NCBI GenBank assembly: GCA_049516875.1
Contig: JBEKSS010000004.1
Location: 96,001 to 160,000 of the forward strand
Direction: 5' to 3'
Origin: Candidatus Bathyarchaeia archaeon
Lineage (GTDB): Archaea; Thermoproteota; Bathyarchaeia; Bathyarchaeales; Bathycorpusculaceae
DNA: 64,000 nucleotides
Shown here: piece by piece, positions 40,399 to 49,651 of the stretch
Numbering within the stretch: the first letter of the stretch is position 1
Layout: each line of letters starts with the position of its first letter
Notes under the pieces: generated by a model
Database searches by the model: none
What the model was told of the DNA's origin: nothing
The model's input: only the letters and a program-made list of their open reading frames with translations
Program-made: the position numbers and the translations under genes

Positions 40399-40581
40399 TT
40401 ACTCGACCACTTGGATTGCACTTTCTGGGCATTGGACTTCGCATGCTCTACACACTAGACACTCTTCAGATTTAACCGGGACGGATTTCTTGTCCTTAAC
40501 CTCGAAGACACCAACTGGGCATGTATCAGCACATGTGCCGCATCCAGTGCACTTAGCATTATCTATGACTATTTTCACCAT
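40399..40581 (-). CDS. 2x[4Fe-4S] ferredoxin
   Basis: CTGCGTCADTCP and CLVCRACEVQCP. Confidence 0.93.
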   Translation of the reverse strand: MVKIVIDNAKCTGCGTCADTCPVGVFEVKDKKSVPVKSEECLVCRACEVQCPESAIQVVE

Positions 40582-40648
40582 GTTTCATTTCTCCTGAAAC
40601 TGGAATTTCATTGAGAAATGACAGCAGAATAAAAGCGTTTAGGTTCAT

Positions 40649-42373
40649 TTAATGGATTTCTTCACGTAGTCTCAAGAGGATTCCGTTAGTCGTTGTTTTG
40701 GCTCTCTCTTTCCTGCGCTCGTAATCTCCCAGAAGTTTACGATAAGTCTCCAACGATATCTCTCCCCTGCTTTGGCGAGCTTCAATGCTCTTCATGTTAA
40801 CCTCGACTTCGTCGATTTCGGTTTCTGCAACTTCAAGTTGCCGCATCAGGTCTGAGTAGTGACCGCCAGCTGAATGCATTTTACCCCCCGACTCTGCTAA
40901 AGCTCTGTCTAATGTGCTGAGGCGAATTTCCAAAGTCTTCTTCTGCACCTTATACCTCCGCCTTGGGATTTTTCCTTTCTGTACCCTAGCCTCAAGGACG
41001 TCAATCTCCGACTCTATCTTCATTTTCTCATCATATGCATCCACAAAAGACCTGACATCCTCTGGCCGAAGCCTCAAAGTTGTTGAAGGAACAGCGACTC
41101 CGCTTGGAACTCTTGGCCTTCTCCAAGCCAAGACAACCACAGATCCAACAATCGCCAAGGCCCAAACCCACATTGTAGGACCAAAAGCCAGCCACAGCGA
41201 ATTGTACTCGTAGCTAAGACTAACGGCGAAGCTGTCCAAGGAAATTATGTTCTGCTGGTTCACGGTCATGGTTTCCTGGAAAACACCGCGGTCCACATCG
41301 TAGGAATTGGCAGTTAAAGTGGTTCCGAAACTTGACAATCGTGCGCCTTTGGGCAAGACAAAGCTGACTGAAGCCTGATCAATGTAGCTATTCGTGTCCT
41401 GGAAAAAGGTCATGTTAAGGGCGAAGTTGTTAGCTCCTTCCTCCTTCATGACATAGACGTCGCTAGGCAGATCGTAGCTCACGGTGAACTTTGCCAATGT
41501 GTTAGGTGCCACCGTCAACGTAAAGTTGATCTGGTAGCGAGTTGGATTAACATCAATGAGCACTGGTTGCACCAAAGATTCTCTTCCAAGTTCGTCGCGC
41601 ACAGCTAGATTCGAAGCGTTAGGAGGCACAACTATTTCGATGGAATCCATCGTCTGCGTCGAATTGTTCGCTATGTAATAGAAGTCGGAAACGCTTGTTT
41701 GACCAAACTCGTTTACATCCACCTCGCGAGTGAGCTGCTTTATTTCAAAAATCTGCACGTTCTCCGCTGACAGCAAGAAGGTCACTTGAGACGCATTGTA
41801 GGTGAAGGCACTCAAATTCTCTGCGTTGTATGCGAAGTCACTAACCGTCCCATTAAGGTACTGAGTACTTGGCGGCACAACAACCGAACAATTACAGACG
41901 GGTGCTGTTTCTGTCAAACTTGGAAATGCCGGAAAAACAAGAGTGAATGTGCTTGCATTCGTAGAGTCTTGAAAGAGAATATTGTTTGAGAGCACGAATA
42001 CAACGCTGAAGGTTTGCGGTGTTCCTTTTGAAAAATCGACTTTCACTCCGTAGAAACCAACACGATCTTCTAAGGGCACATTAAGCGCGACGGGAAACAC
42101 ACTGGACGTATCATTAGTGTTGTAGGCAAATGCGGTGATTACGCTCGGACCAAACACGTACGGAAAGCCTAGTGAAAAGCTGTCGGTTTGCCCTGATATA
42201 GCTATCGTATCATTTATGAGAACATAACCGTTGTACAGGACCCCCACCGTGTGGTTCACGCTTTCTATACTGTAACTGGAGCTTGCTCTGGCAGATGCGA
42301 TGTTGAAAGAGGCCAAAGCTAAAATTGTTAAAGTAACAGTCAATATAATGAATGTAGTGGCTGTTTTCTTCAC
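40649..42373 (-). CDS. Exported type I membrane protein, ribophorin-I-like architecture
   Basis: Signal peptide; beta-rich ectodomain with many N-x-S/T sequons; LTREVDVNEFGQTSVSDFYYIAN; one TM helix; charged cytoplasmic coiled coil. Confidence 0.7.
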   Translation of the reverse strand: MKKTATTFIILTVTLTILALASFNIASARASSSYSIESVNHTVGVLYNGYVLINDTIAISGQTDSFSLGFPYVFGPSVITAFAYNTNDTSSVFPVALNVPLEDRVGFYGVKVDFSKGTPQTFSVVFVLSNNILFQDSTNASTFTLVFPAFPSLTETAPVCNCSVVVPPSTQYLNGTVSDFAYNAENLSAFTYNASQVTFLLSAENVQIFEIKQLTREVDVNEFGQTSVSDFYYIANNSTQTMDSIEIVVPPNASNLAVRDELGRESLVQPVLIDVNPTRYQINFTLTVAPNTLAKFTVSYDLPSDVYVMKEEGANNFALNMTFFQDTNSYIDQASVSFVLPKGARLSSFGTTLTANSYDVDRGVFQETMTVNQQNIISLDSFAVSLSYEYNSLWLAFGPTMWVWALAIVGSVVVLAWRRPRVPSGVAVPSTTLRLRPEDVRSFVDAYDEKMKIESEIDVLEARVQKGKIPRRRYKVQKKTLEIRLSTLDRALAESGGKMHSAGGHYSDLMRQLEVAETEIDEVEVNMKSIEARQSRGEISLETYRKLLGDYERRKERAKTTTNGILLRLREEIH

Positions 42374-42650
42374 GCTGTTTCCTCCGAGTAGTCAACGATT
42401 TACTGAGGCTTGTATTTATTGATAAGCTCATCTGTATTAAGGTTCTGCTATAGATAAAGCCAGGTCATAAAAAAAGGTTATTGTCGATTAAACATGAAGT
42501 TTTCACACGTCCTCTACGAGCTTCACAAGTGCGCACTAGCGCTATAAGATGGAGGCTCTGAAATGTACCGTCTGTCAACAGGAAAGGTCAAAATCAGCTG
42601 CATGTTTATATTCGATTATTGGAAAACACTAGGATGCAAGAGGCACTGGT

Positions 42651-43841
42651 ACGTACAAAACCATTGAGGTTCTAGGCCCAGAACACGAGTTCTCCGTGGT
42701 TGACAATGATTTGAGAGCTCTACCAATCGTTGACAGGATACTGAAAGGTTTTCGCGGACGCGTCGTCAACTCTGTGAAGCAGCCTGGCTTCACTTTTGGA
42801 AAAGAGCTGCAGATGCACGTGATAGAAATCAAACCTAACGCGCCTTTCAGATCGCCCGAAACCTTCGAGGAAACCATGCAAAAGGCGGTTTTGTTCATCT
42901 CGGATTTCCTGCATCGAAAACATGGAGCACGTCTACTTGGAACGGGAATGCATCCGTTCCTAAGGCTCGAAGAAACAGGCGTCTGGTCGCACCGTCACCG
43001 CAAGATTTACCAGGCCTACAGCAAACTGTTCAACCTCAACCAGCACGGATGGCTGAATATTCAGAGCTTCCAGCTTAACCTTCCATACTCGAACGACCAG
43101 AGCGGCGTCAAACTGTACAACCTGCTTGCCAACGTGTGCCCCTATTTACCCGCGTTTCTCGCCTCTTCTCCCATCTACGAAGGCAGACTCGGAGAGGACG
43201 TTGACAACAGGCTAAGCTTCTACAAACTGAACCAACGTGAAGTGTCCCCGGTCACCGGGGATGTGGTCCCAGAATACGTGTCTTCCTTCAACGAGTATCG
43301 CCAGAAAATCATCGAGAAATACTCGTCTGAGATGGCCTAGGCTGGCGCAGACGAACTCATCCTTCAAAAGGACTGGGTCAACTCTCGCGGCGTAATCTTA
43401 AGGTTTGACAGAAAGGCAGTTGAAATACGGGTGATGGATGAACAGGAATGCATCAAGTCGGACGTGGCGGCAAGCTGTTTCATCAGAGCACTGCTCAGAG
43501 GACTGCTCACCGAAGACGTGCAGCTCGTGCCTCATGAAATCCTGGTGAAGGACTTCAACTCCGTCGTGGCGAAGGGACTCAACGCGCAGACCGAACACCC
43601 GAACGGACGGACTGCACGGAAGGTCTGCCAATTTCTCTTCGGACTTGCTTGGAAGAACGCATCAGAAGAAGAGAGAAAACATCTTTCAATCGTGAATAAA
43701 AGGATAGACCGCGGAAGCCTGTCAGACGCGATACGTGAAAGAATTGAAAGAAAAGCCCAGAAAACAGATCTCAAAGAGGCAGTAGTCGGTGTCTATTCAA
43801 GACTTGCAGAAAGCCTTATGGACAATCAGCCCTACTTCTAG
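42651..43841 (+). pseudogene. Glutamate-cysteine ligase family 2 protein interrupted by an in-frame TAG at 43338-43340
   Basis: LGPEHEF, ELQMHVIE, GMHP, NIQSFQLNL, SSP.YEG, then EMA*AGAD...NSRG...EIRVMDEQEC in the same frame. Confidence 0.8.
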
Positions 43842-43863
43842 TACGGAAAAGGGGAGCTAGACG

Positions 43864-44415
43864 TTGGGCAAACATGCGACTATGAGGCAGAGCAACTTCT
43901 TTGACGTATGCAGTGAGTGCAAGACAAGTTATTCCTGCTGCAACGATACAACACCGCCAGTAACGTCTGAGCGCAGAAAAATCATAGAAACTTATCTGAA
44001 AGAGAACGGAATATCCGTTGCCAACCCGTTCGAGCGGACAGAATATGTTTTTCCAAGGTTAAGGGCCGACGGCTACTGCGTGTTTCATGACAGAAAGACG
44101 AAAAAGTGCCTGATACACCCAGTGAAACCAGAAACATGCGTCGCAGGACCAATCACCTTCGATATAAACACAGAAAAAGGAAAGATTGAATTGTTCGTCA
44201 AGAAAGAAAGTATATGTCAACTCGCCGGAAACGTGCATAGAGACAAGCAGTTGCTGCAAAAGCATCTCGCTTCGGCCAAGAAAGAAGTGCTGCGGCTCGT
44301 GGCCCAGCTTTCAGGAGAGGAACTGAAGGCAATATTGTCGAAGGATGAGCCTGAAACCTTCAAGATAAAAGAAGACGAGCTAGATGAAGAACTGCTGCGC
44401 AAACTGATCGGCTAG
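43864..44415 (+). CDS. YkgJ-family Cys-cluster protein
   Basis: CSEC...CC, YCVF, CLIHPVKPETCVAGP. Confidence 0.85.
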   Translation: MGKHATMRQSNFFDVCSECKTSYSCCNDTTPPVTSERRKIIETYLKENGISVANPFERTEYVFPRLRADGYCVFHDRKTKKCLIHPVKPETCVAGPITFDINTEKGKIELFVKKESICQLAGNVHRDKQLLQKHLASAKKEVLRLVAQLSGEELKAILSKDEPETFKIKEDELDEELLRKLIG

Positions 44416-44442
44416 CCGCTGCGTCCGTCGTTCAGAACTTTT

Positions 44443-45657
44443 CTACTGTTGGATTCTCAGTAGCAGGTCGTCGCGTCGTTTCAGTAGTTTCTCAAACTGT
44501 TCGTCGTTTATCTTGTCTTCCACAAGCATTCTGATAGTGGTTCGGGATATGTTGTCCATTTCCTGATGGAATTTTAACAAGTCTTTAGAGTACATGTCAT
44601 AGATGCTAACCATGCTCTTGTAAAGTCGGTGGTACAGCTTGTTTCGATTCCAGATTCGTCTCCCGCGGAGCCCTGTGAAGCTGAGAACCAGCAGCGAACC
44701 GATGGCCGCCCAGCCTCCTGGCGTAAGGAACCAGAGGCTAGCGTCTTCCGACATGATTTGGCCCAGCGACTTGGAGATCGGCCCGCTCACTACCGTGAAC
44801 GCTGCTGGATACGTGTCTTCAGGAGTCTTCACGAACGAGGCAGTGTTGCCCTTCTGGACGGCCATGCTCGAGGGGAAGGTTTCCTTCATCTCGGTGCCTG
44901 CAGGCATGTTCACGTCAATGACTTGGCTGGTGTTGAAAGCGTAGCCGCGGTAGAAACTTGAACAGCCGATGCTGAACGTGTAGTTGTCCTCTTGTTGAGA
45001 GAGCAGGTGAGCTGGAGCTCTAAAGTACAGGTTGTATGCCCAGCCGTTCTGGTTCCAGTCCTCATGGAACTCCCAAGCCGTCAGAGCGCCGGTTGAAACC
45101 GGTGTCAAATCAAACCCTGCTAGCCAACTCTGGAGACCGCCGTGACTGACGAAGTATTCGGGTATCCTTGTGATGTGGAACCACATTGAAAGCTCAATCG
45201 TGGACGTGGTGTCGTTGGAATAGACCATCACCTTGGACGTGTTGGCCGATATCCCCGACCAGTCAGGATCGATATTCCACACGTCGTTGAGCCACCACAA
45301 CGGGTTAGCGGTCAGATTGTTGGCAAAATCGTCGATAGACGTGAAAGGCAGGCTGTAATAATCACGCACTGAAACCCAGTTGAAGCTCTCGTACCATGAA
45401 ACGAAGATGTCGCCCGGGCTCACCAGACTCTGCTGAACTGAAACCGCATTCCACATGCCGTCAGATATCCAAGCGGGTGCCACCTGTATTCCCCCCTCTT
45501 CCGACCACTTCACCTCGTCAAGCGACGGTTCTATAACGTCATGTATGTAGCCGATTTTCTGATTCCCGGACTGAGAATATGACCGTGCAACAGTCGGTCT
45601 CAACGCTAGGAGAAGGATGACAAAGATCTCAAGACAAAACAGCTTACCCACTTTCAC
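44443..45657 (-). CDS. Exported membrane-anchored hypothetical protein
   Basis: Signal peptide, Trp-rich ectodomain, C-terminal TM helix, helical cytoplasmic tail. Confidence 0.75.
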   Translation of the reverse strand: MKVGKLFCLEIFVILLLALRPTVARSYSQSGNQKIGYIHDVIEPSLDEVKWSEEGGIQVAPAWISDGMWNAVSVQQSLVSPGDIFVSWYESFNWVSVRDYYSLPFTSIDDFANNLTANPLWWLNDVWNIDPDWSGISANTSKVMVYSNDTTSTIELSMWFHITRIPEYFVSHGGLQSWLAGFDLTPVSTGALTAWEFHEDWNQNGWAYNLYFRAPAHLLSQQEDNYTFSIGCSSFYRGYAFNTSQVIDVNMPAGTEMKETFPSSMAVQKGNTASFVKTPEDTYPAAFTVVSGPISKSLGQIMSEDASLWFLTPGGWAAIGSLLVLSFTGLRGRRIWNRNKLYHRLYKSMVSIYDMYSKDLLKFHQEMDNISRTTIRMLVEDKINDEQFEKLLKRRDDLLLRIQQ

Positions 45658-45820
45658 AGGTGCACCTTCCGTTGTGACGCGCCCTTTCTGCCAGTGCGCA
45701 TATTTACAACCAGTTTTCTATATATCAGTTACTACCTACTCAAGTCAAGTATTCCAAAGGTTATAGGCATGATGCGACGATTGGCGCACGCTAAAAAGAA
45801 AAAAAATGAGGAGTTGCCTG

Positions 45821-46426
45821 CTAGACGTATTTTTGTTCTTTGTCGCAGTACCATCTTTGGTATTGCTGAATGTATCGGAGCGGACCGCCGCACGTGGGGC
45901 ACGTCATTGCTGCGCCTGGAGGTGGCGGAGGTGCCGCAGGGCCTCTCAGGAATTGGAATTTTAGAAACGATGGCATCGCCATCTTCGTTTCATGCATCAT
46001 ACCTGCAAGGAATCCCCCTATCGGGAAGAAAATCAAGGCGAACACCATAAGCACGATCCAAAGCTGCATCCCGATTCCAAAGTCTCCTCCCCATATGCCA
46101 GTCTGAGCAAGCGTCACTATCAGAGTGATTATCAGGTAGGCCAAGAAGGACATGAAACCGCCTGCAAAGCCTTCCATTTTTCCTTCGGTCTTAAGCAGTT
46201 TGTAGCATAGGTATCCGGCTACGAAGCCTGCGGGAAGGAACGCGAAAATACCTGTGATAACGTCGCTTCCTATTGTTCTGCCCCAATCGATACCTACGTA
46301 CCTACCAAACAGACTTGAGAATAGGGTCTGGAATCCACCGATGCTTGTGATTGCTTGTCCGAGAGCAAATCCTAAAACTCCAACAGTAATGTAGTCGACG
46401 AAATAGGCCTCAGTTTTTTCAGTCAT
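45821..46426 (-). CDS. Four-TM membrane protein with poly-Pro linker and C-terminal CPTC...RWYC motif
   Basis: Four hydrophobic helices, APPPPPG, CPTCGGPLRYIQQYQRWYCDKEQKYV; ATG at 46426 after GAGG. Confidence 0.8.
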   Translation of the reverse strand: MTEKTEAYFVDYITVGVLGFALGQAITSIGGFQTLFSSLFGRYVGIDWGRTIGSDVITGIFAFLPAGFVAGYLCYKLLKTEGKMEGFAGGFMSFLAYLIITLIVTLAQTGIWGGDFGIGMQLWIVLMVFALIFFPIGGFLAGMMHETKMAMPSFLKFQFLRGPAAPPPPPGAAMTCPTCGGPLRYIQQYQRWYCDKEQKYV

Positions 46427-46618
46427 ACTCACATCCTCAGTTTGCAAGCGTACGATATTTCGACTATCAGTATTTAACATTTTGAGTTTATCTCAAGGTC
46501 AGTGGCGTCTTTGCCAAAGTCTAAATGGCGAACGCGCTGCCCACGGCGACACATAAGATGCCCGCGCTAACACTATCGGTTGTAAAAATATAGTACCACT
46601 GTTTCTTCTTGGCAGCTC

Positions 46619-46984
46619 TTAGGCATATTTCTTGTCCTTGTAGCAGTACCATCGTTGATATTGTTGAATGTAGGTTAGGGGTCCTCCACATGTTGGGCAG
46701 ATTGGTGTTTGTGCTTGCTCTCCGATTGGTTGAGTGCCAAGAATTGGTGTCTGAATTGTTGCAGGCTTCAATATAACGAAGTCTCCTGCCGCCTGAATGT
46801 CTTCCCATTGGATTTCTTTCGTCTCCCCCTTCTTTGTCTCAACAATTAATGTCATTCCGGCCTTTCCCACGGTGAAGGCAATGTCTCGTACAGTCCCAGA
46901 TACGTTTCCCTCGCTGTCAACTACCTGCATGCCTATGAGCCTATCTTTCGTCACGGCTTTCTTCTCTTTTTCCTGCCTCGACAT
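46619..46984 (-). CDS. PRC-barrel protein with C-terminal CPTC...RWYC motif
   Basis: LIGMQVVDSEG...GTVRDI...I.WEDIQAAGDFVIL (PRC barrel) plus CPTCGGPLTYIQQYQRWYCYKDKKYA. Confidence 0.85.
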   Translation of the reverse strand: MSRQEKEKKAVTKDRLIGMQVVDSEGNVSGTVRDIAFTVGKAGMTLIVETKKGETKEIQWEDIQAAGDFVILKPATIQTPILGTQPIGEQAQTPICPTCGGPLTYIQQYQRWYCYKDKKYA

Positions 46985-47273
46985 TCATACCGCTCCGTTG
47001 TTTGAATCTTTAGGTGGTTGATGTCTTATAAGTTTTGGCGCACACCACAATTTTTTGGGAGTCCGGAATTAGTCCTCTCAATTGATCATCCTGCAAAAGT
47101 CTGATTGCTGTGCACACGCGTATGGTCAAAGCCAGTACCGTTTCTATGTTAGCACGCGCCTTTCTAGCGCCAACAAGGCATGGAGTAAAAACCTTAGTTG
47201 AGACAACAAGGCAATGGAAAAGAGCGCAAGCGATAATAACGAGTTGCGCTGAAATAACGGGAGAGATGAAAAA

Positions 47274-47780
47274 ATGTCAACAGGAAGCAGTTCACAGTTA
47301 GATATGAACCATTGGCTCATACGCCTCGTCGCATTCATAATCGACAGCATAATAATCGGCATCGTAGCAAGCATAATTTGGTTCTTTGCAATTCTATCCC
47401 TCCTCGCGAGCGGCAGTTGGTTGCTTTTGTGGGGATCTTACCTGGTACTTCCTTTTCTCTTAGGAGTACTTGAACTCCTTTACTTCGTGTTTATGGAAGT
47501 TTCTTATGGTGCAACACTGGGAAAGAGAGTTTTGGGATTGCATGTGCAAATGGTAAACGGCAGCAAAGTAACGTTTGACAAAGCATTCATCCGCAACATA
47601 AGCAAGATATTTTGGCTTTTCCTCCTAATAGACTGGATATTAGGAGTCGCTACCCCTGGACACGACCAACGCCAGAAATACACTGATCGTATTGCAGGAA
47701 CCACCGTGGTCTCAGTGAAACAAGCATTCTCATCTGTCTCAACGCCTCCACCGACTCCACCCCCTCCACCAGCGCCTTAA
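47274..47780 (+). CDS. RDD family membrane protein with Pro-rich tail
   Basis: RLVAFIID, GATLGKRVLGL.V, IRN, Q..TDRIAGTTV, PPPTPPPPPAP. Confidence 0.9.
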   Translation: MSTGSSSQLDMNHWLIRLVAFIIDSIIIGIVASIIWFFAILSLLASGSWLLLWGSYLVLPFLLGVLELLYFVFMEVSYGATLGKRVLGLHVQMVNGSKVTFDKAFIRNISKIFWLFLLIDWILGVATPGHDQRQKYTDRIAGTTVVSVKQAFSSVSTPPPTPPPPPAP

Positions 47781-47983
47781 GTTGAGTTCCCATTATTAAG
47801 GTCAGGTCCAAAGGACTCGTGCGCATCACTGACCTCCACTTTTCTTCTATTTTTGTCTGCAGTGCGTGTATTAAGCCAAGGCTACAATCTGCCTCCACAT
47901 CAATACGTTAGCATGGGAGCAATCAAGTTATCCTATTCTCTGTCAATCATGTGTGTGCGGTTTGTCTAGTTGATTCAAGAAAC

Positions 47984-48099
47984 TGGCGGGCCCGAGGGGA
48001 TTTGAACCCCTGTTCTCCGGCTTTCTTCCACTCTGGTGCCCGGAGGCTTACGCACCCGTTTGCGGTTCGACGCCTTAATCCTGACTGGGCTACGGGCCC
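47984..48099 (-). tRNA. tRNA-Arg(CCG) with two BHB-type introns (48048-48067 at 29/30; 48023-48039 at 37/38)
   Basis: GGGCCCG acceptor stem, T arm AGGGG-TTCAAAT-CCCCT, encoded CCA. Removing a 20-nt and a 17-nt insert gives anticodon arm TCGGC-CT CCG GA-GCCGG. Confidence 0.88.
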
Positions 48100-48144
48100 A
48101 ACCCAAACATAATCGTAACTGAAATTAATTGTTGCTGTGCCGCA

Positions 48145-48645
48145 CTATGTCTCAGCCAATTCTTCGTTCATCCACCAAGCTTTTTTCTTGCCTGACCTTT
48201 CCCCGGGATAATATTCTATGATAGATTTTCCAAGCTGCTTCTTCGAATTCTTCTGCATTCTTCTCAACCTGTTAAGGATTAACCACCTGTTTGTTTTCAA
48301 GTAGTCCGCCAGCTCAGGTGTAGTTGCCCCTTTGTAGTGAATCAGATAATCGATCATCTTGTGGTCTGTTTCATCCATTCCGAAAGTGTGCGGGTTGGTT
48401 TTTCCCCGCTCGTACGTGAGCAGTTCCAGGTCTGCGAGGTATTTCTTGATTTCTGAAAGCTCCTTCTCCATCTTGCCAAACCTGCCTTCCAACTCCAGGA
48501 TCCTGTCAGGCTTAGGCGTTTTCTGCAGCTTCTCCGTGATAGCGTCACGAATGAAATTGCTGCGATCACCCTCAGGAATGCGTAAGACCATTTCCTTGTA
48601 AACTTCATCAGGAATCTTCGCGGATACTACTCTTAACTCGCCCAT
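48145..48645 (-). CDS. Ribbon-helix-helix + coiled coil + winged-HTH DNA-binding protein
   Basis: VVSAKIPDEVY...RSNFIRDAITEKL (RHH); IDYLIHYKGATTPELADYLKTNR (wHTH). Confidence 0.75.
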   Translation of the reverse strand: MGELRVVSAKIPDEVYKEMVLRIPEGDRSNFIRDAITEKLQKTPKPDRILELEGRFGKMEKELSEIKKYLADLELLTYERGKTNPHTFGMDETDHKMIDYLIHYKGATTPELADYLKTNRWLILNRLRRMQKNSKKQLGKSIIEYYPGERSGKKKAWWMNEELAET

Positions 48646-48745
48646 TAGAACATCCTCGCAATTCAGTATAGTAGCTCTTATTATTTCATGGTTTCTTTGA
48701 TTCGCGCGAGTTGCAGCAGGTTCTTAAAGAACCTTAAGGGGCGTT

Positions 48746-49333
48746 TCAAGGCAGCTTGACGCTTGTTGAAGTCTCTGGTTGTAACGGCGTGTTTCTTGTT
48801 CTGGCGAGCAAGTCGCATCGGTTTTTCACTATTTCGTAGAGCTTTTTACGCAGGTTCTCTCCGACCATCTTTTCTTCTCTAACAAGCAGCGTTTTTCTTG
48901 CGAGCTCAGCGTCGCCTAACCCGGCAAACCAAGCTTCAAAATCGCCGCGGTTAACGTGAAACTCTATCGAAGACAAGTCAACCTTCAGGATCTTGTCACA
49001 GAAATCACTCAAGCTCGCGGCATGAACGTTAAGAGGCTTGCCGATGTCCGCGTAGAAGTGGAACGATCTTTCCATAGGCAAGTACCCCAGGATCTCAGCT
49101 GCTTTTTCCTTGTTGACTTCGGGAAGGCCGAGCACTTTCTTGCCGCTTTCAGTTATGACGTAAATCCCTTTTTCAGGCATTCCAACGTGCCCCATCTTGG
49201 TGAGGCCTAGGATGTGCATCATAACCGGTGGAAACCCCAGTCCAGCCTCTCTTGCTATCTCCGTGGCCTTTGCAGGTCTGTCTAACAGCCACATGGTTTC
49301 GAGAATCAAACGTTTAACAGGCGATATGCTCAT
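48746..49333 (-). CDS. Winged-HTH protein with DUF5752-like domain
   Basis: KATEIAREAG...YVITESGK; FHFY.DIGKP...A.SL.DF...SIEFH..RGDFEAWF..LGD.ELA. Confidence 0.75.
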   Translation of the reverse strand: MSISPVKRLILETMWLLDRPAKATEIAREAGLGFPPVMMHILGLTKMGHVGMPEKGIYVITESGKKVLGLPEVNKEKAAEILGYLPMERSFHFYADIGKPLNVHAASLSDFCDKILKVDLSSIEFHVNRGDFEAWFAGLGDAELARKTLLVREEKMVGENLRKKLYEIVKNRCDLLARTRNTPLQPETSTSVKLP

Positions 49334-49651
49334 ACTGTTGCACTGTTCTTAGTTTATCACATGTGCCTAATAGGTTTTTCATAATTCCCTTTTCATCGAG
49401 CCAGGAAGCGAGAGACGAAGACGATGTAAAAAAAGACTAAAAAGTGCCGACCGCCTTGTGACCATCGACTTGAACGCGTGCGTACCGTGACTTCGCAATC
49501 GTTGACTTGAAGCTGGCTGAAAACATAGTTGAGGGGAAGTTTCGAAGCTCTTGGATAATGATTGGAAGTGCGCAAAGTCCATTAGGAAGGTAAATAAGCA
49601 ATGGTCCAGTAACCAATAGACACCATTTGCAGGAAGGAAGGATGTCTAAAG

